Shown here in pieces: positions 45,746 through 55,900 of a DNA stretch of 64,000 nt. Every line of letters starts with the position of its first letter. Position 1 is the stretch's first letter. The position numbers were made by a program, and so were the translations under genes. Origin of the DNA: a virus (taxonomy: Duplodnaviria > Heunggongvirae > Uroviricota > Caudoviricetes); the IMG/VR virus record IMGVR_UViG_3300002834_000024, positions 1 through 64,000 of that record; one strand, given 5' to 3'. The notes under the pieces were generated by a model. That model was not told the origin of the DNA and searched no databases. It saw only the letters and a list, made by a program, of their open reading frames with translations.

Positions 45746-48028
45746 ATGGCATTAAAAATTAAAGACAATGCGGGAACTGTCGTAAAAGTTCCGTCAATGA
45801 AAGAAGTAAACGACAGGATAACAACAAGATTTCAAGCTCCTGGTGAGTTTAAAACGGTCAATGGCTCTGTTATCTATGGTAGTGGAAACTTTTCTCTTGA
45901 ACCAGCAATTAGTGCTGGGACTGCTGGGCAATATTGGGAAGGTACAAAAACATGGGAAACACCAGATAGTACACCAACTGCTTCAAGCACAAAATTGATA
46001 ACATCTGGTGGTGTTTATACTGCAATTCAAAATATTATTTCTGGAAGTTTACAGTTTGATACAACTATCTATGATGATATGGGTTCTGGTAATACAAATG
46101 CACCATTAACACAGGCTGTTTATGATGACGTTTTAGCACCATTGAACACTCACATTGCTAATACAACTATTCACGTAACATCTACTGATAAAACAACTTG
46201 GAATGGTAAACAAAATCAAATCAATGTTAGTGGTATATTAAAAGGAGATGGTACTGGTGGTGTTACATCTGCTGTTGCTGGTACTGATTATCAAGCCCCA
46301 TTAAGTTCATTTTCGGCAAATACACTTAATTTGTATAACATTGCAACAAACACATATGGTCAAGTAACCAATGCTGTTGCTGTTACGGCTGCTGATATTG
46401 CTGCATTAGGTGTTGATATAACAGATACAACTTATAACTTGGCTGATGGTGGAACTGATGGTACGGACGGAGAAGATGGTTTGATGTCAATGGGAGATAA
46501 GTTTAAATTGGATAACATGGAAGACAACTCACAAGAAAATGTTATTGAAAGCATTAGTATTGGTGGTGTTGCACAAACTGTTGATTCAAGTAAAAACGTA
46601 AATTTACCTGCTTACCCAACTGTATCAAACGCAACAATTACAATTAATTCGTCAAATACAACTGCACAAGCAACTTCGCCAGCTGACACATTTACATTAA
46701 ATGGTAGCGCAACTACAATTGATTTCCATAGAATTGCTAAAACTGGTAATTATGCTCATTTATTGAACACACCCGATTTAACAGTTTATATCGAAAAAAT
46801 CAATCCTGTTATTGCAATTGGTAATTTTCCAGCGATTCTTTCAGATGGAAGTTTAGAAGATAGTGGTTTTAGTGATGCAGATTTTGATGCTGCTGGCGCT
46901 GCTGCTACTGTTCAAGGTAACTTAACAACTCATATCAGTAATACAAGTAACCCTCATAGCACAACATTATCACAAGCTGCAATTGCACAAGGTTCTGCAT
47001 TAACTGTTGTACCAGCTGCTGGTATATATGAAGGTACTGATACAAGTGCAACCACAAAAAACACGAAATATCAAACAAAATCAGAAGTTGAATCAATCGC
47101 TCAAGCTTATGCACAAGGAACTGCTAAATATCTTGGTCAGTTGAAATATGGTTCTTGGGATGTTACTGATATGACAGCAATTAACTCATTTGGAGTTGTT
47201 GTTGGGGACAGATGTGGGGATTATACTACACAAATTATATATGAATATACCGCAGGTTCTCCTGTTGGCCCAAATGATGTTGCAAGTATAAATCCAGGAT
47301 TTTATTGGGCTGCATTACCAGTAACTGGAAATGAAGAAATTGGGCAATATTATGATATTGTATTCTGGTTTGGTACATGGTATGATGGTATAACATATGG
47401 CGGACAAGTTTCAGCAACAATGACTATATCCGATTTAACTAATCCTGCTGCACCTATTTGGGATCTTATTGTATATTCAAGTGCTATGCCTGATGGTGCA
47501 GTAACAGATGCGAAAATTGGTAACAGAGGACCACTTATTGATGTAATGGCTGTTCCCGCTGGCGATTATTCTGCTAAAAACTTAACAGCATGGTTACAAC
47601 AATTCTATTCAAATGTTGAATATTTGGAAGATGCAAAAGCTGACAAAGTAGCTGGCGCAACTGCTGGTAACTTCGCTGGATTAGACGCAAATGGTAATTT
47701 GGTTGATAGTGGATACACTGATACTGATTTCATTGCTGCAAGTGCATTGAACGCTGGCACACTTTCTTCTTCAAGTACAGTAAGTGTACCAAGTGAAAAA
47801 ACGGTTTATGATGCAATTCAATCTGTTAATACATCTATTACAGGATCAATCGGAAATGGTCAATTAACTCTTACATTAGCACCTGCTGATGGATCAACAA
47901 CAAGTGTAAGTAACTTTACTGCTAACCAAGCAACTGCTTCCCCAGTTTCGGTTACAATAGATGTACCTGCTGCTTATGTGATTGGTTCTGATTTTGGGGG
48001 CGATGCTGAACAAGATTGGACAACCTAA
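45746..48028 (+). CDS. tail fibre protein (paralogue family B)
   Basis: 760 aa. N-terminus MALKIKDNAGTVVKVPSMKEVNDRITTRF is homologous to the N-terminus of 48918-50216. C-terminal block QYYDIVFWFGTWYDGITYGG...IWDLIVYS is homologous to a block in 50334-52859. Ser/Thr/Gly-rich fibrous composition. Confidence 0.6.
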   Translation: MALKIKDNAGTVVKVPSMKEVNDRITTRFQAPGEFKTVNGSVIYGSGNFSLEPAISAGTAGQYWEGTKTWETPDSTPTASSTKLITSGGVYTAIQNIISGSLQFDTTIYDDMGSGNTNAPLTQAVYDDVLAPLNTHIANTTIHVTSTDKTTWNGKQNQINVSGILKGDGTGGVTSAVAGTDYQAPLSSFSANTLNLYNIATNTYGQVTNAVAVTAADIAALGVDITDTTYNLADGGTDGTDGEDGLMSMGDKFKLDNMEDNSQENVIESISIGGVAQTVDSSKNVNLPAYPTVSNATITINSSNTTAQATSPADTFTLNGSATTIDFHRIAKTGNYAHLLNTPDLTVYIEKINPVIAIGNFPAILSDGSLEDSGFSDADFDAAGAAATVQGNLTTHISNTSNPHSTTLSQAAIAQGSALTVVPAAGIYEGTDTSATTKNTKYQTKSEVESIAQAYAQGTAKYLGQLKYGSWDVTDMTAINSFGVVVGDRCGDYTTQIIYEYTAGSPVGPNDVASINPGFYWAALPVTGNEEIGQYYDIVFWFGTWYDGITYGGQVSATMTISDLTNPAAPIWDLIVYSSAMPDGAVTDAKIGNRGPLIDVMAVPAGDYSAKNLTAWLQQFYSNVEYLEDAKADKVAGATAGNFAGLDANGNLVDSGYTDTDFIAASALNAGTLSSSSTVSVPSEKTVYDAIQSVNTSITGSIGNGQLTLTLAPADGSTTSVSNFTANQATASPVSVTIDVPAAYVIGSDFGGDAEQDWTT

Positions 48029-48060
48029 TCTTACTAAAAAAAACATAAAAAGTTTTAAAA

Positions 48061-48092
48061 AACGGTTTAGAAATAAACCGTTTTTTTTTTTT
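48061..48092 (+). terminator. rho-independent terminator
   Basis: AACGGTTTA gaaa TAAACCGTT (9-bp stem) followed by T12, directly after tail fibre gene 45746-48028. Confidence 0.75.
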
Positions 48093-48109
48093 GAAAAATA
48101 TTTATTGAC

Positions 48110-48796
48110 ATGAAATATGAAGGAGTATTTGTAAGAAAAAGACCATTTAGTAGTTTACTTCATTTATGGGAGTTCAATGGTAATGCTATTGATATAGTTA
48201 ATGGGTTAAATTTATCAACCAGTAGCACTGGTAGTGTGTCATATATTGCAGGTAAAATTAAAAATTCAGTTTACTTTAATAGGGGGCATTTGATTGGTCC
48301 ATCAGGGCGTAATCTTAATATAAACAATAACCAGTGGACAATTTCCTATTGGACAAATATTGTTACATTTGGAAATGCCGCTACTGACCCTATTGTTGGA
48401 ATACTAAATAGATCTGTTGGTAGCACAAATTTTGGAACACGTTTAATTTTTTCAACACCCAATGTTTTTTATGTAAATTATTGTAACAGTAATACACAAT
48501 TAAATTCAACTGTTACATTTGGACCAAATATATGGGTACATATTGCATTGAAACCACCAAACATATTTTTTATCAATGGCACAAGAAATGCACCAACTGG
48601 AAATACAATGACAACATTAAACATTGGAAATCCTGTGTATGTTGGATTAGATAATTATACGGCTATTAGAACCATGCAGGGTCAAATGGAACAATTAGCT
48701 GTATGGACTAGACAATTAACTGATGCTGAAATATTATCCATATATAATAGTGGAAATGGTTTAGATTTTAATTTATGGGGAAATAATTTAAAATAA
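48110..48796 (+). CDS. concanavalin-A-like/LamG-like lectin-fold protein (putative fibre-associated)
   Basis: 228 aa. Beta-rich composition and motifs like W.ISYWTN...LNIGNPVYVGLDNY...MEQLAVW resemble LamG/pentraxin-like domains. Low-confidence fold guess. Confidence 0.3.
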   Translation: MKYEGVFVRKRPFSSLLHLWEFNGNAIDIVNGLNLSTSSTGSVSYIAGKIKNSVYFNRGHLIGPSGRNLNINNNQWTISYWTNIVTFGNAATDPIVGILNRSVGSTNFGTRLIFSTPNVFYVNYCNSNTQLNSTVTFGPNIWVHIALKPPNIFFINGTRNAPTGNTMTTLNIGNPVYVGLDNYTAIRTMQGQMEQLAVWTRQLTDAEILSIYNSGNGLDFNLWGNNLK

Positions 48797-48917
48797 TTAG
48801 TTTATGCCATTTATTGTGGGTATTTAGATTTATTTTTAAAACTATTTATAATAAAAATAATTCATATACCAACTTTGGTATATCATTAAAAATAACATTT
48901 TAATTAATTAAAAATCT

Positions 48918-50216
48918 ATGGCATTAAAAGTAAAAGATGCACAAGGAAATGTGCAAAAATTGGCAAATTTGGCAGAAGTAAATGGTAGAATTTCAACCAG
49001 AATTGCAACAAAACAGGATACATTAGTATCAGGTACAAACATTAAAACAATCAATCTTGGAACCATATTAGGATCTGGTAATATTGATTTACAAACACCA
49101 TTAATTGCTGGAACAGATTATGCAACACCATCACAATTGGCATTAAAAGAAGATGCTATTACTGCCGGAACAACCGCCCAATATTGGAGAGGCGATAAAA
49201 CATGGCAAACATTTCCATCAATACCTGCTGCTGCAAATAATGGTTTATTGAATATTATAACAACTTCTTCAACTAATGCAGTATACGCATCTGCAACATT
49301 ATTAACAAGTATGGACTCTGGAAGTAATGTAACTTTAACATTACATGATGTTGCAAGAACTGGTAATTATTCGGATTTAATTGGGGCTCCAACACTTGCA
49401 AATATTATAATGAGTGGAACATCAGCTGGTGGTGATTTAACTGGTACATATCCAAATCCACAATTAGCAAATGTTTCTACTTTAACCGCAGGTAATTATG
49501 GGCAAAATTCAAACGTAAATGTACCAACAACTGGTGGAAGTTTTAGTGTACCATATATTACATTTGATACAAAAGGTCGTGCGACTCATGCTGCTAATTA
49601 TACAATTACTATTCCAGCCTATCCAACAAGTTTACCGCCAAGTGGTACTATTTTGGGTGATTTGGCTGGTTCAACCTGGCCAACTCTTGATTTGGCAGCA
49701 ATAACAACCGCAGGTACTCATGGTTCAACAACCGCACAAAGTCCCGCATTTGGTGGTTCATTCACAGTTCCTTATGTAACAGTTGATGCAAAGGGTAGAG
49801 TAACAGCTGGCGGAACAGCACAAGTTAATTTGCCAACGCCTCCATCTCCAACTTATGGTACTTTAACATTACAAGTTGAAGGTGCAGCCTTATCTCCTAC
49901 ATTTACAGCAAATGCAAATGCAACTATTAATTTTACAGGTGTAAAAAATAAACCAAGATTGGACGATGTTTGGTGGAATAGTACTACTGGTGTTATTACA
50001 ATATCATTTAGTGATGCAGTTGCAAGTTCAACAAGAATTTATATACACAAGGGTGATAGTACAAACTTAGCTGGAAACATTGGGGGTACAGGTGGCACAG
50101 GCGCAATGTCAACAAGTGGTGTTCTTTTAACACAAGCAACTTCTACTGGATTAACATTCACTCCAACAACAGCAACCGAAGTTACAAATGGTGATTGGGT
50201 AATTAGTATTAGATAA
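48918..50216 (+). CDS. tail fibre protein (paralogue family B, short)
   Basis: 432 aa. N-terminus MALKVKDAQGNVQKLANLAEVNGRISTRI is paralogous to 45746-48028. TGNY..L block (HDVARTGNYSDLIGAPTL versus HRIAKTGNYAHLLNTPDL). Confidence 0.55.
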   Translation: MALKVKDAQGNVQKLANLAEVNGRISTRIATKQDTLVSGTNIKTINLGTILGSGNIDLQTPLIAGTDYATPSQLALKEDAITAGTTAQYWRGDKTWQTFPSIPAAANNGLLNIITTSSTNAVYASATLLTSMDSGSNVTLTLHDVARTGNYSDLIGAPTLANIIMSGTSAGGDLTGTYPNPQLANVSTLTAGNYGQNSNVNVPTTGGSFSVPYITFDTKGRATHAANYTITIPAYPTSLPPSGTILGDLAGSTWPTLDLAAITTAGTHGSTTAQSPAFGGSFTVPYVTVDAKGRVTAGGTAQVNLPTPPSPTYGTLTLQVEGAALSPTFTANANATINFTGVKNKPRLDDVWWNSTTGVITISFSDAVASSTRIYIHKGDSTNLAGNIGGTGGTGAMSTSGVLLTQATSTGLTFTPTTATEVTNGDWVISIR

Positions 50217-50242
50217 GATTTTTATCTAAAATAAAATTATAT

Positions 50243-50283
50243 AAAACTATATTCTTGTTTATGGGGATATAGTTTTATTTTTT
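50243..50283 (+). terminator. rho-independent terminator
   Basis: AAAACTATAT (14-nt loop) ATATAGTTTT, a 10-bp stem, followed by ATTTTTT. Directly after 48918-50216. Confidence 0.6.
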
Positions 50284-50333
50284 AATGACAAAAAGAATTA
50301 AAGCAAATATTTATAAATAAAAATAAAAGAATT

Positions 50334-52859
50334 ATGGCTAAAGACATCGTAAGTCAATACTCAAAAAGAGTTCCTTTCAGGGCATATATATTTTTTCTTT
50401 TAGAAAAACACCATATTCCGTTACCACCACGTGATTCCACAATCAACACAAATGAGGAGTTGTGGGGATATTTCATTGAAATGATGTATCATAGATGTGT
50501 GAAAAAAATAACATTTTTACCAACAAATGGATATGCGGTTGGTGATATTAATACTCAACTTATTAATAAAAGTTTTATTTTTACTGCAAAATACTTAAAT
50601 GTTTTCAATAATAATCAATTTACAAGGGATTTTACAATTTCAACAAAAGGAACAGCAAGTATTTCAGGTACAAATCATTCAGTTGTATTATCAGTTGAAT
50701 TAAGGGATAAATTTTATACAAATCAAGCTGGTGTTGGTGGTCTTGTTGGTTCAATTGATCATTATAATACATATGATTTACCAATTGTTTCAATATTAGG
50801 ATCATATGGTTTTAACCCAGATGAAGCACCAAAAGTTGGGAGTACGGTTTTCCATATGAATGGTTATCAAACTGAAATTGTAAGTATAAACACGTTAAAT
50901 AATACGTTTGTTGGTAGAACAATATCAATGAATAGTACAGATATTTGGTTCTATATGCACGATACAAGAAGTAATCTTATCAGTCATATGAACAACTTTA
51001 ATAATCCCCATAGAGTTACATTAACACAAGCTGAATATTATCAAGGTACAACACCATTAGTAGTAAATCATAATGTATATCTTAATAGTCAAAACTCAAA
51101 CAATAGATTTATAACATATGCCGAAGCATTAAATCTTGTTGCATCAGGTGGTATTGGTTTAGCTGGTAAATTCCATACAAGTGAATATGGACAAGGAAGT
51201 GTTGGTAGTTATAACACATATACAACTGCTCTGGCAGTTCCTTATGTTGTTGGTGAAACATTATCTGTTGGTGCAACAGTTTTCCACGCAAATCGCTTCC
51301 AAACAGTTGTAACAGCAATCTATGGATCTACATTCCAAGCTCAAACTGTATCAACAAATTCAATTGATATTGCATACTTGATTTGGGACATGCAATTATC
51401 AATTGATAATTTAACAAATTTATACAATACATTGAACTCAAACAAGATGGACAAAGTACCAAGTGCTGTTGTCAATAACTTTGCCAATTTTGTTTCAGGC
51501 GGAAATACAAAAGATAGTGGATATAATCCATCAAGTTTTGATCCAGCTGGTTCTGCTGCTGCTGTTCAATCTAATTTAAACGCTCATACATCTGCAAATA
51601 ATCCTCATAACATTTCACTTACAGTTGCCGAAGCTGCACAAGGTGGAAATAATTTAACGGTTATGCACGATATATTTAGATTAACCGAAACACCTAATAA
51701 TCGTTATATAACATATGCCGAAGCTGTAAATATTGCATCAAATATTGTTCAAGGAACCCCACAATATATGGGACAGATTAAATTTGGTGCTGATACTGTT
51801 TCCAGAATGAATACAATACAAAATTATTTTACAATAGCGTTAAATGATTTATGTATTGTTCAACCTATTAATTCACCATCAACCAATGCTGCATATAGAT
51901 GGAATGGAACTACATGGGTTCTAACATCATTAACTGCTGCAACATTAGGACAATTCTATGATATTGTATTCTGGTTTGGTACATGGTTAGATGGAATATT
52001 GTATAATGGTACAGTTTCAGGTAGAATAACTTGTTCAGATTCAGCAACCCCAATGTGGGATTTAATTGTTCACACTGATGTTGTTGTGGATGGTTCTATT
52101 ACAACCCAAAAATTGGCTAATGGTGCTGTTACAAATGTTAAAATGGCTAATATGCCAGCAATGACACTTAAAGGAAATGACACAAGTTCACCAGCAACTC
52201 CAATGGATTTAACAAAAGCACAATTAAAAGTGATGTTGAATTTTATTGAACCAGGTGATGTTCCTACTTACCAAAGTGTTGGAGATAGAACTATAACTAT
52301 ATCAAAAAACAATGTAACAATAGATTCATTTACAACAAATGAAAGTGGTGCTATACCAAAATATATTAATATTCCCGTTCCAACTGTACCGAATAGTACA
52401 GCAATGATGAAGGGTGATGGTATGGGTAATTTGATTGCTGCAACACCTGGAAGTGATTATCTAACAACCGCTTCACTACCAACTGTTAATGATGCTGCAA
52501 TTAGAATAATTAGTTCTTCAACTGCATTGACTGCACCAACAACCGCAACTAATATTGCAACTGTTAATCAAACAAGTGCTACAACTTTAACATTACATAA
52601 AGTTGCATGGACTGGTGATGCTGGTGATTTGACTGGTGGAACAGGAATGTCACATGCTTATATGACAAACTTGTCTTGGAATAGTACAACTGGTGTTGTG
52701 AGTGTTACAACTAATCAAGCACCAACAACACGTAGAGCTCAAACAACAAGTGGTACAACAATACCTGGTAATTGGAGTGCAAACGGAACATCATTTACAT
52801 TTACGCCAACAACGGTTACTGATATAACTGTAAGCGAGTTCATCCTGATTATATACTAA
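50334..52859 (+). CDS. tail fibre protein (N-terminus paralogous to 42265-45339, C-terminal block paralogous to 45746-48028)
   Basis: 841 aa. VPFRAYIFFLLEKHHIPLPP...EELWGYFIEMM at the N-terminus. QFYDIVFWFGTWLDGILYNG...MWDLIVHT near the C-terminus. Confidence 0.6.
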   Translation: MAKDIVSQYSKRVPFRAYIFFLLEKHHIPLPPRDSTINTNEELWGYFIEMMYHRCVKKITFLPTNGYAVGDINTQLINKSFIFTAKYLNVFNNNQFTRDFTISTKGTASISGTNHSVVLSVELRDKFYTNQAGVGGLVGSIDHYNTYDLPIVSILGSYGFNPDEAPKVGSTVFHMNGYQTEIVSINTLNNTFVGRTISMNSTDIWFYMHDTRSNLISHMNNFNNPHRVTLTQAEYYQGTTPLVVNHNVYLNSQNSNNRFITYAEALNLVASGGIGLAGKFHTSEYGQGSVGSYNTYTTALAVPYVVGETLSVGATVFHANRFQTVVTAIYGSTFQAQTVSTNSIDIAYLIWDMQLSIDNLTNLYNTLNSNKMDKVPSAVVNNFANFVSGGNTKDSGYNPSSFDPAGSAAAVQSNLNAHTSANNPHNISLTVAEAAQGGNNLTVMHDIFRLTETPNNRYITYAEAVNIASNIVQGTPQYMGQIKFGADTVSRMNTIQNYFTIALNDLCIVQPINSPSTNAAYRWNGTTWVLTSLTAATLGQFYDIVFWFGTWLDGILYNGTVSGRITCSDSATPMWDLIVHTDVVVDGSITTQKLANGAVTNVKMANMPAMTLKGNDTSSPATPMDLTKAQLKVMLNFIEPGDVPTYQSVGDRTITISKNNVTIDSFTTNESGAIPKYINIPVPTVPNSTAMMKGDGMGNLIAATPGSDYLTTASLPTVNDAAIRIISSSTALTAPTTATNIATVNQTSATTLTLHKVAWTGDAGDLTGGTGMSHAYMTNLSWNSTTGVVSVTTNQAPTTRRAQTTSGTTIPGNWSANGTSFTFTPTTVTDITVSEFILIIY

Positions 52860-52897
52860 AATTCATATATACAAAAGTGTATATATACAAAAATGTA

Positions 52898-52941
52898 TAT
52901 CAGTGGTTATCTAAAATAAATTGGTAGCCACTGATTTTTTT
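52898..52941 (+). terminator. hairpin plus T-run terminator
   Basis: ATCAGTGG...CCACTGAT (8-bp stem, long loop) followed by TTTTTTT, directly after 50334-52859. Confidence 0.5.
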
Positions 52942-52990
52942 ATTGTTTTGTTGAAAATGATATTTATATTATATAATAATGTCTTAAAAA

Positions 52991-55900
52991 TTGGATTTAC
53001 AAAATATCATAGAACAAACCATTAAACAGGCTTTAAGAAGTGCTGAAAAGACTGTTGATACCAACCCATCTGAAAAAGAGATAAAAGCTGGAAATTACAA
53101 GAAAGGACATATCAATATTCTTGGATTTGATATTACCATTGAAAATCCAAAAGGTTCTTATCGAAGTGGAAAAGATCGTGATGGTAAAGAATGGAAAACT
53201 AAAATGTATAACACTTATGGTTATTTTAAAAACAGTGTTGGATATGATGGGGACCATGTTGATGTATTTTTAGGAAACAATTTAGAATCAAACAAAATAT
53301 TTGGAATAGACCAATTTATAAAAGGGAAGTTTGATGAAACTAAATTTATGATGGGATTTGATAGTGAAGAAGAAGCCAAAAAAGCATATTTATCCAATTA
53401 TGATAAAGATTGGAAAGGTTTCAAGTATATACGTGAAACTGATGTTGAAACATTTAAAAAATGGTTATATAGAGGTAAAAAACAAAGATTACCATTCCAT
53501 GATTATGTTACATTATCTGAAAGTATATTGAATGAGTTGTCAATAGGTAGGGTATTATTATCCCATTTCACAGATGCTTTAAATAACCCAAAACTGTTTA
53601 ATGAACCAAATTGGATACAAAAACATAAAGAAATTCAAGATAATCATGGTGATAATTTTAATATTACTAAAATTAATAGTGAGATATTAAATAAATTAAT
53701 ACCACAATATACATCTAAAAATCCAGAATTAATGAGTAATATGGGTATTGAAAATGCTATTAACTTATTAACTAAAAATAAATATCGTAGTGATCAAGCA
53801 GTAAATTTAACAAAAGAATTATTATCCTTACATAATGAACTGAAAGAAAATCCAGAATTAATTAATAATGGGAATTTTATGGATAGGTACAATCATTTAA
53901 AAAAATTATATGGTAATAGAGTTAACCTTGATAAACCATATAAAAAAAGTGATCGTAGAGACACAAATGGTAATTTAATAAATAATAAAGAAGATATACC
54001 TTTACAAAAAAAACCTATTGAAACAAAATCTAATATAAATAAAAAATCTTTGAAACAAGAGCCTCTTGTAATTGGTTGGGAAATGATTGAATCGAAAGAA
54101 ACAAATATTATAAGGATTAATAATCGTGGTTCATGGTTAGAAGATTTTTGTGAAAAAATTAAAAAATATACAGATAAATTTGAAATACTATATGACTGTG
54201 CTTATGATAAACATAATAAGACTGGACAAAAATATGGTATTGAAAGTAAAGAATATCCTGGTATTGGGCAATTTGATTATGTAATGATTTATTCTGATGT
54301 TTCGGTTGAAGATAAAGAAAAATATAAATATTTAAGAAATGATGGCGAATATGAAATCACATGTCGAGGAATAAAAACCAAAGAGATACTCAAGGATATA
54401 TTAAAAAGATTAGGTCAAAATGGGAATAGTGGTCATACATTTGCTTTCAAAATTAAATCTTTAAATGGAAACAAAGAAGATACATTACAATATGATGGCG
54501 ATGGACATGATTTTGTTGAATTATTAGATGATAAAAAGAATGAAACAATTAATGAATCCACAGAAAATATTGAACAAGAAGAAAGCAAAAAAATGATTAA
54601 AAATTATTTTGGTATTCAACTGATGGATGATTGGGACAAACTACGACTTGGCGGTGGTGGATCTGGGGTTGCATATTTAACATTGGATGGTTATGTATTA
54701 AAGCTAACAACATCACCAAATGAATTTCGGACAGCACAACGAATGAAAGGAAAAACATTTAAACATTTAGTTAATGTATATAATGTATTGGATTTTGAAC
54801 AAGAAAATATTCCGCCTTATGGTTATTGGAAAAAAGGTAAATGGGTGAGATGTTTTTATGGTATTCTTGAGGAATATGTTGATTCTAATTTACAGTATAA
54901 CCAATTTATGCACAAATATATTATGGATGTATTATTCAATGATAATATCATGAATGGAATAGTTGGTACAAAAGCATCTCATAATAACCGTTATATTATG
55001 TTAGAGTATCTTATATCAGAAGAAAATGTTAATACTATTATTTCACGAATTGAAAGTTATGATAAATTTAATGAAGATCAAAAAAATGTTTATATAGATG
55101 CAACACAACAGTTACATGAAGCCGTTCTGGAAATGGAAAGTGTTCCAGGTCTTGAATTAGATAGTTTTTTGGGGGGTTCAAATTTTGGCTTTGATGATAA
55201 TGGTGTTATAAAAGCATTTGATTTGGAGGGTATTATGACTGAAAACACATTATATGAACGTGATATGCGTTTCTATAATGACAACAATGAAGAAATGGAT
55301 ATTACAGATTATCTGGATACTTCATCTGAAATGAAAATAGATACTGCAATCAATATTATCAATACCAAATTAAGACAACCACAAGCAAGACATCAAGTAT
55401 TAAAATATATTTTGAAAAATATTAATAAATCGAACATGTCTGGACAAATGAAAATGGATTTAAGAGATCAAGTCATGGAAGATTTATCTAACAAAGTTAC
55501 AAAACTTATTATACCAACCATGTTTAAAGATGGTGAACAACAAAGAGTTGATGTTGATACACATTTAGAAGACTTAAATGAGGAAAATAAAAGATTATTA
55601 TCGCACAAATTTCAAATACCAACAGAATTATTTCAAACACTATCTAATAGATTTAACAAAATAAAGGGTAATCAAAATTTTACAAGTAGAGATGGGTATA
55701 AAAGACTTCAAAATCTTGTTAATTCAAATGGTGAAATAGGTTACTTATGGATGAATAGATTAAAAAATTTCTGGAAATATTTCGATGGAGATGCTGATAA
55801 TGATATTGAAGCGTGGTTAAATGGGGGGGGCGAAATGCGAGATTGGGTTAATAAAGCATTGGATGAAGCAGAAAAATCACTTGAAATGTCTAAAATGACT

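Noticed and set aside
52861-52900. Near-tandem/palindromic TATATACAAAAGTGTATATATACAAAAATGTATAT downstream of the tail fibre gene
   Set aside because: It may simply be AT-rich spacer adjacent to the terminator hairpin. There is no second copy elsewhere in the window to support a regulatory role.
52991-53450. Calling the N-terminus of the polyvalent protein an inorganic pyrophosphatase
   Set aside because: The two signature-like blocks are present, but the region between them is far shorter than in true family I pyrophosphatases. It is kept only as a hypothesis in the findings and not called as a feature.
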